Part shown: in pieces, positions 25,703 to 34,785 of the stretch
Layout: each line of letters starts with the position of its first letter
Position numbering within the stretch: position 1 is the first letter of the stretch
Source of the DNA: Alphaproteobacteria bacterium
GTDB lineage: Bacteria > Pseudomonadota > Alphaproteobacteria > UBA6184
Assembly (NCBI GenBank): GCA_030433125.1
Contig: JAUIKZ010000001.1
Span: 1-36,389, forward strand
Direction of reading: 5' to 3'
DNA: 36,389 nucleotides
Position numbers and translations under genes: made by a program
Notes under the pieces: generated by a model
Databases searched by the model: none
Told to the model about the DNA's origin: nothing
The model's input: only the letters and a program-made list of their open reading frames with translations

Positions 25703-26509
25703 TTAGCCTGCTTCGCGAGCGCTTACGATGCGGAAAATGCCGCGGAGCATGTTGGGGTTAACAATGTTTTCGGGGCTTGTCAGCTCATTTGCTTTCTTTT
25801 GATAATCACTGGCTTTGTTGAGTAAAAAGTTCTCGCCGCTCCAGCCTTTAAATTGGCGCACCATAATGTTTTCATTGCGTGTAATGGCAAGTACAGAACA
25901 GCCGGGCGTGATGGGCTTTGAGGGATGAATAAAGACGATGTCGCCTGGGTTGTATTTAGGAGACATTTCCTCATCCACAACAAAGTAACCAAAGGCCCCT
26001 TTCACGTTACGCAACTCGGGCGGGCACTCTACCCAGTCAGAGGGGTTGCGTAATGGAACGCTTGGATCAAGTTTACTGTCATCTTCCGTGGCTATATTTG
26101 TTTGCTCCTGCTCCTGACCGTTTCTAAATACGTTGGCAGCAAATATCGGTAGCTTGCGCATCGTTGTCTCGACGCTCTTTTGAAGCTTTCGAGAGATTTC
26201 TTCCATAACGCCTGTTAAATCTTTTGTGTCTGTGTCACTCGTTCTGTTTTTTGGTTTGAACGAGGGGAGGCCAAGGGCTTCTAGTTGTTTTTCGGGAGGG
26301 CTGTCTGATGCAATCTCTTCCGGTTCACATTCTAAATGTTTTGCGAGACGCAGCAAAATTTCATCGCTAAGACGACGGCTGCCAGACTCTAGCCTTGACA
26401 AATAGGATACAGATATCCCCGCTTTTTTTGATAACTCTTCGAGTGTGTAGCCTCGTAAATGCCTTAATAGTCTTAGATTTCTTGCCGTTTGCATTGCATA
26501 CCCTTTCAT
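25703..26509 (-). CDS. XRE-family HTH regulator with C-terminal S24 (LexA/CI)-like domain
   Basis: 268 aa. The N-terminal HTH is LRHLRGYTLEELSKKAGISVSYLSRLESGSRRLS. The C-terminal part has the S24-like pattern FVVDEEMSPKYNPGDIVFIHP...VLAITRNENIMVRQF. An alternative start is the ATG at 26494 (MQTARN), with AAGGG 6 nt upstream. Confidence 0.8.
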   Translation of the reverse strand: MKGYAMQTARNLRLLRHLRGYTLEELSKKAGISVSYLSRLESGSRRLSDEILLRLAKHLECEPEEIASDSPPEKQLEALGLPSFKPKNRTSDTDTKDLTGVMEEISRKLQKSVETTMRKLPIFAANVFRNGQEQEQTNIATEDDSKLDPSVPLRNPSDWVECPPELRNVKGAFGYFVVDEEMSPKYNPGDIVFIHPSKPITPGCSVLAITRNENIMVRQFKGWSGENFLLNKASDYQKKANELTSPENIVNPNMLRGIFRIVSAREAG

Positions 26510-26702
26510 TTTTTTTTTAACACCTTAATTTTTCCTTGTAAATTGCCATATTTTCTTGTTCAGCTCAAGCTTTTTTTAACAATTTGTTAACCATTTAAAT
26601 TGTAAGTTTACTTATCTTAATATTGTTAAGATTCATGTTGTTTCCGTATGGTGTTTAACGAATAAAAGAAAGGTAACCCCTTGCTTTTGGGGAGATGAAT
26701 AA
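26510..26702. promoter_or_regulatory. divergent promoter/operator region with TGTTAA/TTAACA half-sites
   Basis: The perfect palindrome ttaacaa-t-ttgttaa lies at 26576-26590. Further half-sites are ttaaca at 26517-26522 and tgttaa at 26624-26629. The 193-bp AT-rich spacer lies between divergent genes. Confidence 0.4.
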
Positions 26703-27200
26703 ATGAGAGACGTAAATAAAAAAGTAATAGAAAACCTAGAGAAATTAGGTCAAGTGAAGGATGTGGTCAACAGAAATTTAACGAAAACTTTCTGCCTTGA
26801 TCTTTTGTACAAAGCTAAAATTATTACCCATGGTCAACTTAAGGTGGGTGATGCCTATAGAAAACTGGTGCGAAGGGTAAGGTTTTATATATGTGCGCCC
26901 CGCATAGCTCGATACAAATATAATGAGCATACAAATCCTTTAATCCCTTTGCCGGACCTTACATCCGAACGTTGGGAGAAAGAACAACAGCAGCTTATCA
27001 AGTTGTGGCGAGAGGTAAGCATAGCGTTGTTTATGCTGGGGAAACGAGAAAAAAGCATTTTTGAGAAAGTGGTGCTAGAGGACAGAATGGCGCTGATGAA
27101 AAATGAAGCCTATGTGATGGTGGTTAAACGGGGGCTTCAATCTATTGAAAAAATCTTTAAAGGACTGAAGAGTGCGGTTAGTATGCAGTCAGCTAAGTGA
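26703..27200 (+). CDS. orphan protein divergent from the XRE/S24 regulator
   Basis: 165 aa with GGAG 8 nt upstream of the ATG and a basic composition. I recognise no family with confidence. Confidence 0.5.
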   Translation: MRDVNKKVIENLEKLGQVKDVVNRNLTKTFCLDLLYKAKIITHGQLKVGDAYRKLVRRVRFYICAPRIARYKYNEHTNPLIPLPDLTSERWEKEQQQLIKLWREVSIALFMLGKREKSIFEKVVLEDRMALMKNEAYVMVVKRGLQSIEKIFKGLKSAVSMQSAK

Positions 27201-27234
27201 GGAAGGAGTTCAATTACGACTATACAAACGACTC

Positions 27235-27972
27235 TTAATTATAAAGTATATTGGGGTTGAGCCCCACCTTCGCCACTGTTAAGCAGGATACACTCTCAGC
27301 GCCAGCTGCCAGCAGGGGGGATGCGCAGGCGTTGAGGGTGGCGCCGCTGGTGCACACATCATCAATAAGCAGAATGTGTTTGTCTTTTACTATATGGGCG
27401 TGCGCGTGGCGTATGGTAAAAGCATCTGCCACGTTTTGTTGGCGTTCGGCGGAGGTGAGCGATTGTTGCGTGGGTGTGTTAACCTGGCGTTTCAATATAT
27501 GGAGTGCCAACTGTTGTTTTATGCTCAGACGAAGCGCTAGCTTATGAGCCAACAGCAGCGATTGGTTATAGCCGCGGCTAAACTGGCGCCAAAAGTGAAG
27601 GGGGACCGGAATAATAACAGTGTCGGGCGTTATTATCTCTTTGGCTAGTGGGGCCATAAGTTTTGCAAAGGTGTTGGCATATTCGGTGTGCCCACTATTT
27701 TTGAAAGCTAAAATGGCCCGTGCAATGTGCGGTTCATACACAAATACAGATTTATTCTGATGAAAAAGAGGCGGGGAGGCTGTACAGTGCTGGCAGGTGT
27801 CACCTTTTATTTCAAAAGGTTCGGCACAAATAGTGCACTGAGGGCCGTTGTTAAACTTCACGTTGGTATAGCAGGTGGGGCACAGGCCTTGCTCTTCAGC
27901 TAGGGAGTCGCGGCATATAATACAGCGATGGGGAAGAAGGAAACTCAACAGGTTATAGAGTAATCGCCGCAT
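27235..27972 (-). CDS. comF: ComF-family protein (phosphoribosyltransferase domain)
   Basis: 245 aa with N-terminal Cys pairs (CIICRD...CPTC, CTIC...CQHC) forming a zinc-finger-like region. The C-terminal PRTase motif is ILLIDDVCTSGATL. Its ATG directly abuts the recJ stop. Confidence 0.85.
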   Translation of the reverse strand: MRRLLYNLLSFLLPHRCIICRDSLAEEQGLCPTCYTNVKFNNGPQCTICAEPFEIKGDTCQHCTASPPLFHQNKSVFVYEPHIARAILAFKNSGHTEYANTFAKLMAPLAKEIITPDTVIIPVPLHFWRQFSRGYNQSLLLAHKLALRLSIKQQLALHILKRQVNTPTQQSLTSAERQQNVADAFTIRHAHAHIVKDKHILLIDDVCTSGATLNACASPLLAAGAESVSCLTVAKVGLNPNILYN

Positions 27973-29709
27973 TTATAAAAAGGCCCCATCGCGCACAAAA
28001 AACTTAATATAATGATTGCCGTTCCATTCTTCTTGAGCCAACTCGCCCACTAAATGCATGGTGTTGTTTTCGTGCTTTAAAATAAAGTCACCCAATGGCG
28101 TTTCAAAGGCATTAAACAACAAGCAACGTAAAGAGGTGCCTTGCTTGGCGGCGTTAAAGGAGAGGTGCTTTTCTTTGAGCAGCTTCACAAATTTGATGGT
28201 GACATCTTCAAGCAAAATGGTAAGAGGCGGATTGCTGGTGCCATGGGGGGCAAGGCTCGCGGTGTCATCAAGAAAGGCCTGCAGGTTGGCTGCCGGTGAG
28301 AGGGCGGTGTCAATGGTTACCTCCGGCGTGAGGTCCAAATTGTGAGCGGCCACCTCTGCGGTTAAAAACGCTTCCAGCTCTTCAACGCGCTCTTTTTTAA
28401 TGGAGAAGCCTCCCGCCATGGCGTGCCCACCCCCTTGAATGAGAATACCCTTCGCTACCGCCTTATGAATAAACGCGCCTATATCAAACCCCGGTACGGA
28501 ACGGCAAGAGGCTTTGCCTTCCTCCTCGTTTAAAGCGATCACCACGGTGGGACGATGGTATTTGTCTTTAAGGCGACCGGCCACCACGCCAATTACCCCC
28601 TCATGCCAGTGAGCGCCTGCCACTACAATCGCTTGACTGGCAGGGTCTACTTGTGTTTGCGCTTGGTGCAACACAGCTTGCTGAATGCCGCGGCGTTCTT
28701 CATTGAGTAGGTTTAGCTTTTCCGCAATGGCGTGAGCTTCCCCTAGGCTTTGGGTGGTGAGGAGTGTGGCGCCTAATTTAGAACAGCCCACACGGCCGCC
28801 CGCGTTAATACGGGGCCCCAGGCCAAACCCCATATCCATAGCCGATGGCAGGCCCTTGATGCCGGCATGCTCCATAAGTGTGGACAACCCCCTGTTTTGG
28901 GTGTTCGCCATTATCTTGAGGCCTTGTTTAACTAAGGCGCGGTTAAGGCCCTGAAGTGGCACTACATCACACACCGTGCCGAGGGCCACCACATCCAGCA
29001 TGTCCATAAGGTTGGGGGGGCGTGTGTCTTTGAAATAGCCTTGCTCTTTTAGGCGTTTTTGGAGGGCCACAAGGGTCATGAACGTGACGCCCACCGCCGC
29101 CAAATAGGTTAGTCCCGACGTTTCATCAGCCCGGTTTGGGTTCACTACCCCCACCGACTGGGGCAGTTTTTCCAGGCCTTGGTGGTGGTCAAGAATAATC
29201 ACCTCTAGCCCCAATGTGCGGGCGAACTGCATTTCATCAAAGGCCACGGTGCCGCAGTCAAGGGTAAACACCAATTGAACGCCCGTGTCTTTAAAATGCT
29301 GCAACGCCTTTTCACTGGGGCCATAGCCTTCGGTAAGGCGATCGGGAATATGAAACTGCACATCGCCCCCAATCGCCCGCAGGTAGTTGGTGAGCAACGC
29401 CGTGGAGGTGGCGCCATCAACATCGTAGTCCCCAATAATGCCTATTTTTTGTTTTTCGTTCAGGGCTTTCATAACCCGGTCAACCACCACATCCATGTCT
29501 TTTAGGCTGAAGGGGTTGGGCATAAGGCTTTTAAGGGTGGGGTTTAAAAAACCCTCAATGGTTTTGGGGTTAATGCCGCGGGTGGCTAAAATGTCTACTA
29601 GCCAGGGGCTTAAGTCGTGGTTCTCAAGCTGCTCTTCCACAAGTGGGTTGGGCTGCGGCTTAAGCCAGCGTTTTCCCGTGAGGGATTTTTTTACAATAAT
29701 TTCTGTCAT
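27973..29709 (-). CDS. recJ: single-stranded-DNA-specific exonuclease RecJ
   Basis: 578 aa with DHH-family motifs (GDYDVDGATS, ILDHHQ) and the DHHA1 motif GGGHAMAGG. Confidence 0.95.
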   Translation of the reverse strand: MTEIIVKKSLTGKRWLKPQPNPLVEEQLENHDLSPWLVDILATRGINPKTIEGFLNPTLKSLMPNPFSLKDMDVVVDRVMKALNEKQKIGIIGDYDVDGATSTALLTNYLRAIGGDVQFHIPDRLTEGYGPSEKALQHFKDTGVQLVFTLDCGTVAFDEMQFARTLGLEVIILDHHQGLEKLPQSVGVVNPNRADETSGLTYLAAVGVTFMTLVALQKRLKEQGYFKDTRPPNLMDMLDVVALGTVCDVVPLQGLNRALVKQGLKIMANTQNRGLSTLMEHAGIKGLPSAMDMGFGLGPRINAGGRVGCSKLGATLLTTQSLGEAHAIAEKLNLLNEERRGIQQAVLHQAQTQVDPASQAIVVAGAHWHEGVIGVVAGRLKDKYHRPTVVIALNEEEGKASCRSVPGFDIGAFIHKAVAKGILIQGGGHAMAGGFSIKKERVEELEAFLTAEVAAHNLDLTPEVTIDTALSPAANLQAFLDDTASLAPHGTSNPPLTILLEDVTIKFVKLLKEKHLSFNAAKQGTSLRCLLFNAFETPLGDFILKHENNTMHLVGELAQEEWNGNHYIKFFVRDGAFL

Positions 29710-29761
29710 GGCGTTAAAGGCCCAGTAACCAATTTATAGCATAGTATACAAAAATACGCAC

Positions 29762-31222
29762 ATGAACAACCGAGAAGAGAAAGTGCTTGAAAGAGAGGAG
29801 CCCCCACTCAAAATAGGGGCTCACTTTAAACATGAGGCATGGCATCGGGGTGACGTGTTTACCCACCTGAAAGATAACTACCTCCGTGCCTATGCCGTTT
29901 GGACCCAAGCGGTGGAGCAACTGCCTATTAATGCAAAGCAAAAGCAGGCGCTGCAATTTTTAACCAAACAAACTCTTGCGTTTTTACACCCGCAAAATTA
30001 CCTGTTCACCAACCCTCAGGCGCTTGATGAGGCCCTGAAAACCAATGGCCACAGTGTGCTTAAGGGGGTTGAAAACCTGGCGCAAAGCATTGAGAGCGGC
30101 AAGCTTGATTTAAAAATGGTGGATAAAACCGCCTTCACAAAGGGCGTGAATATAGCCGCCACACCTGGCAAAGTGGTGTTTAAAAATGAGCTGTTGGAGC
30201 TGCTTCACTACACCCCCACAGAGCCTGCTGTGCATGCCACCCCGCTGCTAATTGTGCCCCCCTTTATCAACAAATATTATGTGTTTGATTTGGCGCCGGA
30301 AAATTCCTTTGTGAAATGGTTGGTGGGGCAAGGGTTGGATGTTTATATAATTAAGTGGGTAAACCCCGACGCCAGCTTGCAAGGCTATGGGTTTGAGCAA
30401 TATATGGTGCGGGGCGTGCAAGAGGCCCACGAGCAGGTGTTGCGCCACAGTCAGCAACAAACGGTGAATATGCTGGGGTATTGCATCGGTGGCACGCTGG
30501 CGGCCAGTTACGCGGCCTATGCACAGCAAACCAAGCCTGGTCATATTAACACCCTCACCCTACTCGCCACCCTCATTGATTATAGTGAGCCGGGGGAGAT
30601 GGGGTGTTTGTTGGGCACTATCTTTACAGAGGCGCAAAAGCAAAAAGCCAAAGCGCAAGGGGTTGTGGCGGGTGAGGATGTGAATGCGGCCTTTAACCTG
30701 CTTAAGCCCTATGAACAATTTTATAGCAACATGACCCGCCAGTTTTTGTTGGGTAAGCCTCCCTTGGGGGTTGATTTGCTTTATTGGAATGCGGACAACC
30801 CAAACCTGCCCTACACCCTGTGGCAGTTTTTGGTGAATGATTTATATGGAAAAAACGTGTTAGCCAAGCCGGGCGCCCGCCTGAATAATGTGCCTTTGCG
30901 TTTTAGTGAGCTCAGGTTGCCGCTTTATTTTGTTGCCGCTGAGGAGGATCATATCACATTGCCCCGCGCTATTTATAAGTCGGCACAATTATTCGAAAAC
31001 GCGCCGAAGGAATTTTTGTTGGTGGGCTCGGGCCATGTGGCGGGTATGATGAACAGCCCTCATAAAAATAAGTATCACCATTACCCCTGCGATGGGTTCC
31101 CCCCCCGTTATGAGGCGCTGCTTAACGAGAAGCCCCAAAAAGGCTCATGGTGGCCTGTGTGGGGGCGGTGGCTCAAGGCCCGCAGTGGAGAGAAAATAAA
31201 CCCAAAACGCTCAACGTGTTAA
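29762..31222 (+). CDS. phaC: poly(3-hydroxyalkanoate) synthase, class I/II-like, short N-terminus
   Basis: 486 aa with the lipase box GYCIGG. Downstream are AEEDHITL (Asp) and GSGHVAGMMN (His), consistent with the Cys-Asp-His triad. No clear SD precedes the ATG at 29762. Confidence 0.85.
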   Translation: MNNREEKVLEREEPPLKIGAHFKHEAWHRGDVFTHLKDNYLRAYAVWTQAVEQLPINAKQKQALQFLTKQTLAFLHPQNYLFTNPQALDEALKTNGHSVLKGVENLAQSIESGKLDLKMVDKTAFTKGVNIAATPGKVVFKNELLELLHYTPTEPAVHATPLLIVPPFINKYYVFDLAPENSFVKWLVGQGLDVYIIKWVNPDASLQGYGFEQYMVRGVQEAHEQVLRHSQQQTVNMLGYCIGGTLAASYAAYAQQTKPGHINTLTLLATLIDYSEPGEMGCLLGTIFTEAQKQKAKAQGVVAGEDVNAAFNLLKPYEQFYSNMTRQFLLGKPPLGVDLLYWNADNPNLPYTLWQFLVNDLYGKNVLAKPGARLNNVPLRFSELRLPLYFVAAEEDHITLPRAIYKSAQLFENAPKEFLLVGSGHVAGMMNSPHKNKYHHYPCDGFPPRYEALLNEKPQKGSWWPVWGRWLKARSGEKINPKRSTC

Positions 31223-32058
31223 GTGGCTTCTTTTGGGGGCGTGGGTACCCTATTCACCCGGGGCACGATCACCCACAACCCAAACATGCCAACGGCCACC
31301 ATCACTAGGCACAGCAGCTGCCCCATAGAGAGCCAATAGGGGTTCATGCTGGGCCACCAGGGAATGGGGTCGGGCTCGCGGAAATACTCTACCAAAAAGC
31401 GAATTACACCATAAAGCCACATGAAGCTAAAAAAGCAGTAGCCTTTGATGTGATGATACTTATGAAACAGATAGCGCATAACAAAAAACAGCAGCACGCC
31501 CTCAGTGAGGCCCTCATAAATTTGGCTGGGGTGGCGTGGCGCCATGCCCCCACGGGGGAAAATAACCGCCCAGGGCACATCCGTCACACGGCCATATAGC
31601 TCGCCGTTTACAAAATTGCCGCCTATGCGGACAAGGCCTATACAATGTGGCACTAAGCAAACGATGAGATCACAGTAATGCAATATTTTTTTACGACCTA
31701 CCCATGCATAAAGTATCATGTATATTGTTACGAATATAAACGAGCCATGAAAGGATAATCCAGAGTTGTAGGTTTTAAGGGTTTGGACCGGATCTGTGAA
31801 GAGGCGCTCAGGATAATAAAACAAGGCGTCTCCAAGCTTACCTGCTAATACTACAAAAATAACAGCACCCGGCAAGCTGTTAAGGAAAAAGGTGGGTGAA
31901 AACGTTAGTTTGTAACGCTTGATTAAATAAAGGCCATATAGGGCAGCAAAGGTTGCTACACAAACCCCCATAATGCCATACCACTTAATTGGTTGGTTCC
32001 CCACATAAAACGCCACGGGGTTAAGGGTGTGCACCCAGTACGCCGTTTCATTAACCAT
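31219..32058 (-). CDS. lgt: prolipoprotein diacylglyceryl transferase
   Basis: 279 aa polytopic membrane protein with the motifs GGNFVNGELYGR and HPSQIYE. Its stop shares TTAA (31219-31222) with the phaC stop. Confidence 0.9.
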   Translation of the reverse strand: MVNETAYWVHTLNPVAFYVGNQPIKWYGIMGVCVATFAALYGLYLIKRYKLTFSPTFFLNSLPGAVIFVVLAGKLGDALFYYPERLFTDPVQTLKTYNSGLSFHGSFIFVTIYMILYAWVGRKKILHYCDLIVCLVPHCIGLVRIGGNFVNGELYGRVTDVPWAVIFPRGGMAPRHPSQIYEGLTEGVLLFFVMRYLFHKYHHIKGYCFFSFMWLYGVIRFLVEYFREPDPIPWWPSMNPYWLSMGQLLCLVMVAVGMFGLWVIVPRVNRVPTPPKEAT

Positions 32059-32107
32059 TTGTTAAACCTATTTAATGTAAAGTAGCAATAAAATTGTGTT
32101 TGGGCTA

Positions 32108-34756
32108 ATGAAAATTAAAAAACTAAAAAAAATTCTTTTAGGCGGTATGTACGTTTTGAGTGCGGTTTATGTGGTGGCTACGGCTGGCGGATGTGGTGAT
32201 GAGGATGAAGGGGAGTTAGTAGACGAGACTGAGACTGCACCTACAAATGACCCCACCAAAAACTATTACTTTTTAAACGCCGCGCTTGAGGGGGGCTCCC
32301 TTCCATCATCCCACTTGGGAGATCCTGATGCCACAGGGGTGGCTTACGACTCGGATAGTGAGCCCGGAGATTACCCTGTTTACGACATGGCAGGTAATTT
32401 GATTGGTTCAAAAAACATGAACGAAATTACAGCGTCGTACTTAACAATCGGTACGTCTTCAAGTTATCCACCAACCCTTAATACAAGTGATGGGTATGCT
32501 CAAAACACTGTTGATAAGTCACAGAAATTTAACCCCATGTTTCAGTTGTATGATGTGACCACCCTTTATGAAGACGCAGGCATGAAGATGCCTAAGCCCT
32601 TTAAAGGCCCCAATGAAGAAAAGCCATCAATTATTGCGGCGTACGACGCTCCATCACCAAAAAAGGATAGAAAATTTTGGTTTAAGGGCACCGAGTTAGA
32701 TGATCCCACTATAAACAAGGTGGATATCAATCAAGTGGCGCTTATGGTTCACGAGGCCTTCCCTTCGAATTTGCAGTATTTTGATTTTCATTCCAGTGAT
32801 ATCTTTTTAAATACAAACGGAACGGGTATTACCACACATTACCTGGCGGTTGATGGGGACGGCCAGTCGCCAGATTTACCAACAGGCTTTATTGCTGCCG
32901 CTAGCCCTCTAAAAATTAACGCCCTCTCGCTGGGGCCTGTATCCAAAATTAATATCGCAACTAACGGTAGTTTCGGCTACACCACTTATAATGAAACGGC
33001 TAAGGTGCTGGATACAGAAAACGTTATAAAAGAACTCCCTGTGTTTGAGAACTTTGATTTTACACCTGCAGTTAATGATACCGCTTTTGATGCGGCTTTT
33101 ACCGCTGATGCAAAGGGCGCCTTCGTGAGTGATGTCACCGAAAATTATCACACCATCTTCCCCACTAACCGTCATAAGTTGTGGTTTATGCAGGGCGCCT
33201 TGGAAAGCGTTAATGTTCTTAACCTGACCCTTAAAGATGGCTGGTTTTGGTATTTAGCGGGGGCCACCTTAAACTTGGGTGCGGACGGGGGCACAGAGGG
33301 CACATTAACGGTGGCCGATGGTGGTACCTTGGTGGTAGATAGCGGCAACTTAAACCAGGATGACGCCCCCGTGGTGTATGATGGCTCTGATTTTACTTTT
33401 GCAAGCATTGCAGAACTAGGCGGCAATAAGCAGGTTAAGTCATCCACCATCAATGGGAATCTTCAGTTTGATTCAGGGAGTAAGCTCGTGTTTGTTATTC
33501 GAGAGGGTGCTCAGAATATTGCTGACCCTCAGAATGCCAATGTTAAGTGGCCATTGTTAAATGTGCCAGTAGGACCTACTTCTGTTACTGGCTTAGCGGA
33601 TGCGGAAATGGCTCTCATTATTGATAAAAATTTTGTAGCCGGTGCAGATGAGACTAGCGCTACGGTGGTGAAGTTGTTAGATAATCCGCAGGGGGTAGGT
33701 GGTCCACCTGCTCGTATGGCTGGTGCTACCCCCGTATGGGCTACCCCACCGACTGGGGGGGCTGCTACCTGGGGCACTTCTAACACGGTTGGTTTAGGTG
33801 TTTTTAATGTACAGGTTTACCAGGGCAGCACGGAAATGAGTGTTAAAATTTGGCAGGCACCTGTAAGCACCTCCCACACCACCCCTAACCTGGCGGCTAA
33901 TGCGCAGGCGCACCGTTATGTGGTGGGGGATCGTTTACGGAAGGCGCTGCAATGCCGCTATGCCATGCCACAGGTGATGCTTGACGGCGTTGACTTCAGC
34001 AAGCCGTTGCAACAGGCGGTGCATGAGGGGTTTGCCCAAGCGCTTGTGGGCCCTAAAGCCTTTGCGGCGGGCAAGCTTGGCCTCAGCTACAACGCATTGC
34101 CTGCCACCCAACACACAAAGGGCTATGAAATGGCGTACAACACCCCCACCAGCCAGTTAAGCGCCCGAGTGACTTATAATGCGCGCAAAAAGCTAACGGA
34201 TGCCTCACCCGCGGTAACGGCCCACTATAATGTGGGGAATGTCAGCGCCTATGGCTTTGTGGCGGCGCATGTGGGGCAACACAAGGCGGCGGAAAGCCAT
34301 GCCCACCCGCACTTGCAACACACCAATAACCTGGCCAATTTTGTGGCGGGGGCCGCCATGGGGCCGCAAGCCTTGCAAGTGTTTGGGGGCGTGGGCCTCA
34401 TGCACGGTTACCTGAAAGGCCAACACAAAGACCCGAACCTGCCTATCTTTGATACCACCTGGGGGCAGCATCAGGCGGTGAGTTATGCGGTGGCGGGGCT
34501 GCAATCCTACGTGCCATTAAGCGAGCGTGTGAGCGTTATGGCTAATGGAATGTATACGCACACCCTTAGCCGTAGCGAGCTAACCCTCACCACACCCGAT
34601 GCCACGGCCAAAGAAAACCTGTGGCCAACGCACGCCTTTACAGCGGGGGTTACCGTGGAGTATAAACACCGGGGCAATATGTGGCGCCTAGGGGTTGAGG
34701 GCAATAGCCTGGGTGAACCATTGGAGATGAAGGCCACCGTGCATTGGCAGCTGTAA
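32108..34756 (+). CDS. large surface protein, autotransporter-like (beta-helix-type passenger plus C-terminal beta-barrel)
   Basis: The track ORF starts at GTG 32096; I prefer the ATG at 32108 (MKIKKLKKILLGG...). The signal peptide ends ATAGGC, which is lipobox-like. The passenger has Gly/Thr/Asn-rich strands (GATLNLGADGGTEGTLTVADGGTLVVDSGNL). The last ~280 aa show alternating beta-strand patterns like an autotransporter translocator. The terminal residue is L, not the usual F/W. Confidence 0.65.
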   Translation: MKIKKLKKILLGGMYVLSAVYVVATAGGCGDEDEGELVDETETAPTNDPTKNYYFLNAALEGGSLPSSHLGDPDATGVAYDSDSEPGDYPVYDMAGNLIGSKNMNEITASYLTIGTSSSYPPTLNTSDGYAQNTVDKSQKFNPMFQLYDVTTLYEDAGMKMPKPFKGPNEEKPSIIAAYDAPSPKKDRKFWFKGTELDDPTINKVDINQVALMVHEAFPSNLQYFDFHSSDIFLNTNGTGITTHYLAVDGDGQSPDLPTGFIAAASPLKINALSLGPVSKINIATNGSFGYTTYNETAKVLDTENVIKELPVFENFDFTPAVNDTAFDAAFTADAKGAFVSDVTENYHTIFPTNRHKLWFMQGALESVNVLNLTLKDGWFWYLAGATLNLGADGGTEGTLTVADGGTLVVDSGNLNQDDAPVVYDGSDFTFASIAELGGNKQVKSSTINGNLQFDSGSKLVFVIREGAQNIADPQNANVKWPLLNVPVGPTSVTGLADAEMALIIDKNFVAGADETSATVVKLLDNPQGVGGPPARMAGATPVWATPPTGGAATWGTSNTVGLGVFNVQVYQGSTEMSVKIWQAPVSTSHTTPNLAANAQAHRYVVGDRLRKALQCRYAMPQVMLDGVDFSKPLQQAVHEGFAQALVGPKAFAAGKLGLSYNALPATQHTKGYEMAYNTPTSQLSARVTYNARKKLTDASPAVTAHYNVGNVSAYGFVAAHVGQHKAAESHAHPHLQHTNNLANFVAGAAMGPQALQVFGGVGLMHGYLKGQHKDPNLPIFDTTWGQHQAVSYAVAGLQSYVPLSERVSVMANGMYTHTLSRSELTLTTPDATAKENLWPTHAFTAGVTVEYKHRGNMWRLGVEGNSLGEPLEMKATVHWQL

Positions 34757-34785
34757 TTAAAGGGGAGGGGGCTGGGCCTGAGGGT

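Noticed and set aside
32096-32107. GTG start proposed by the ORF track for the autotransporter-like gene
   Set aside because: The ATG at 32108 gives a standard signal-peptide N-terminus (MKIKKLKK...). The four extra residues (MFGL) add nothing. I keep this as an alternative only.
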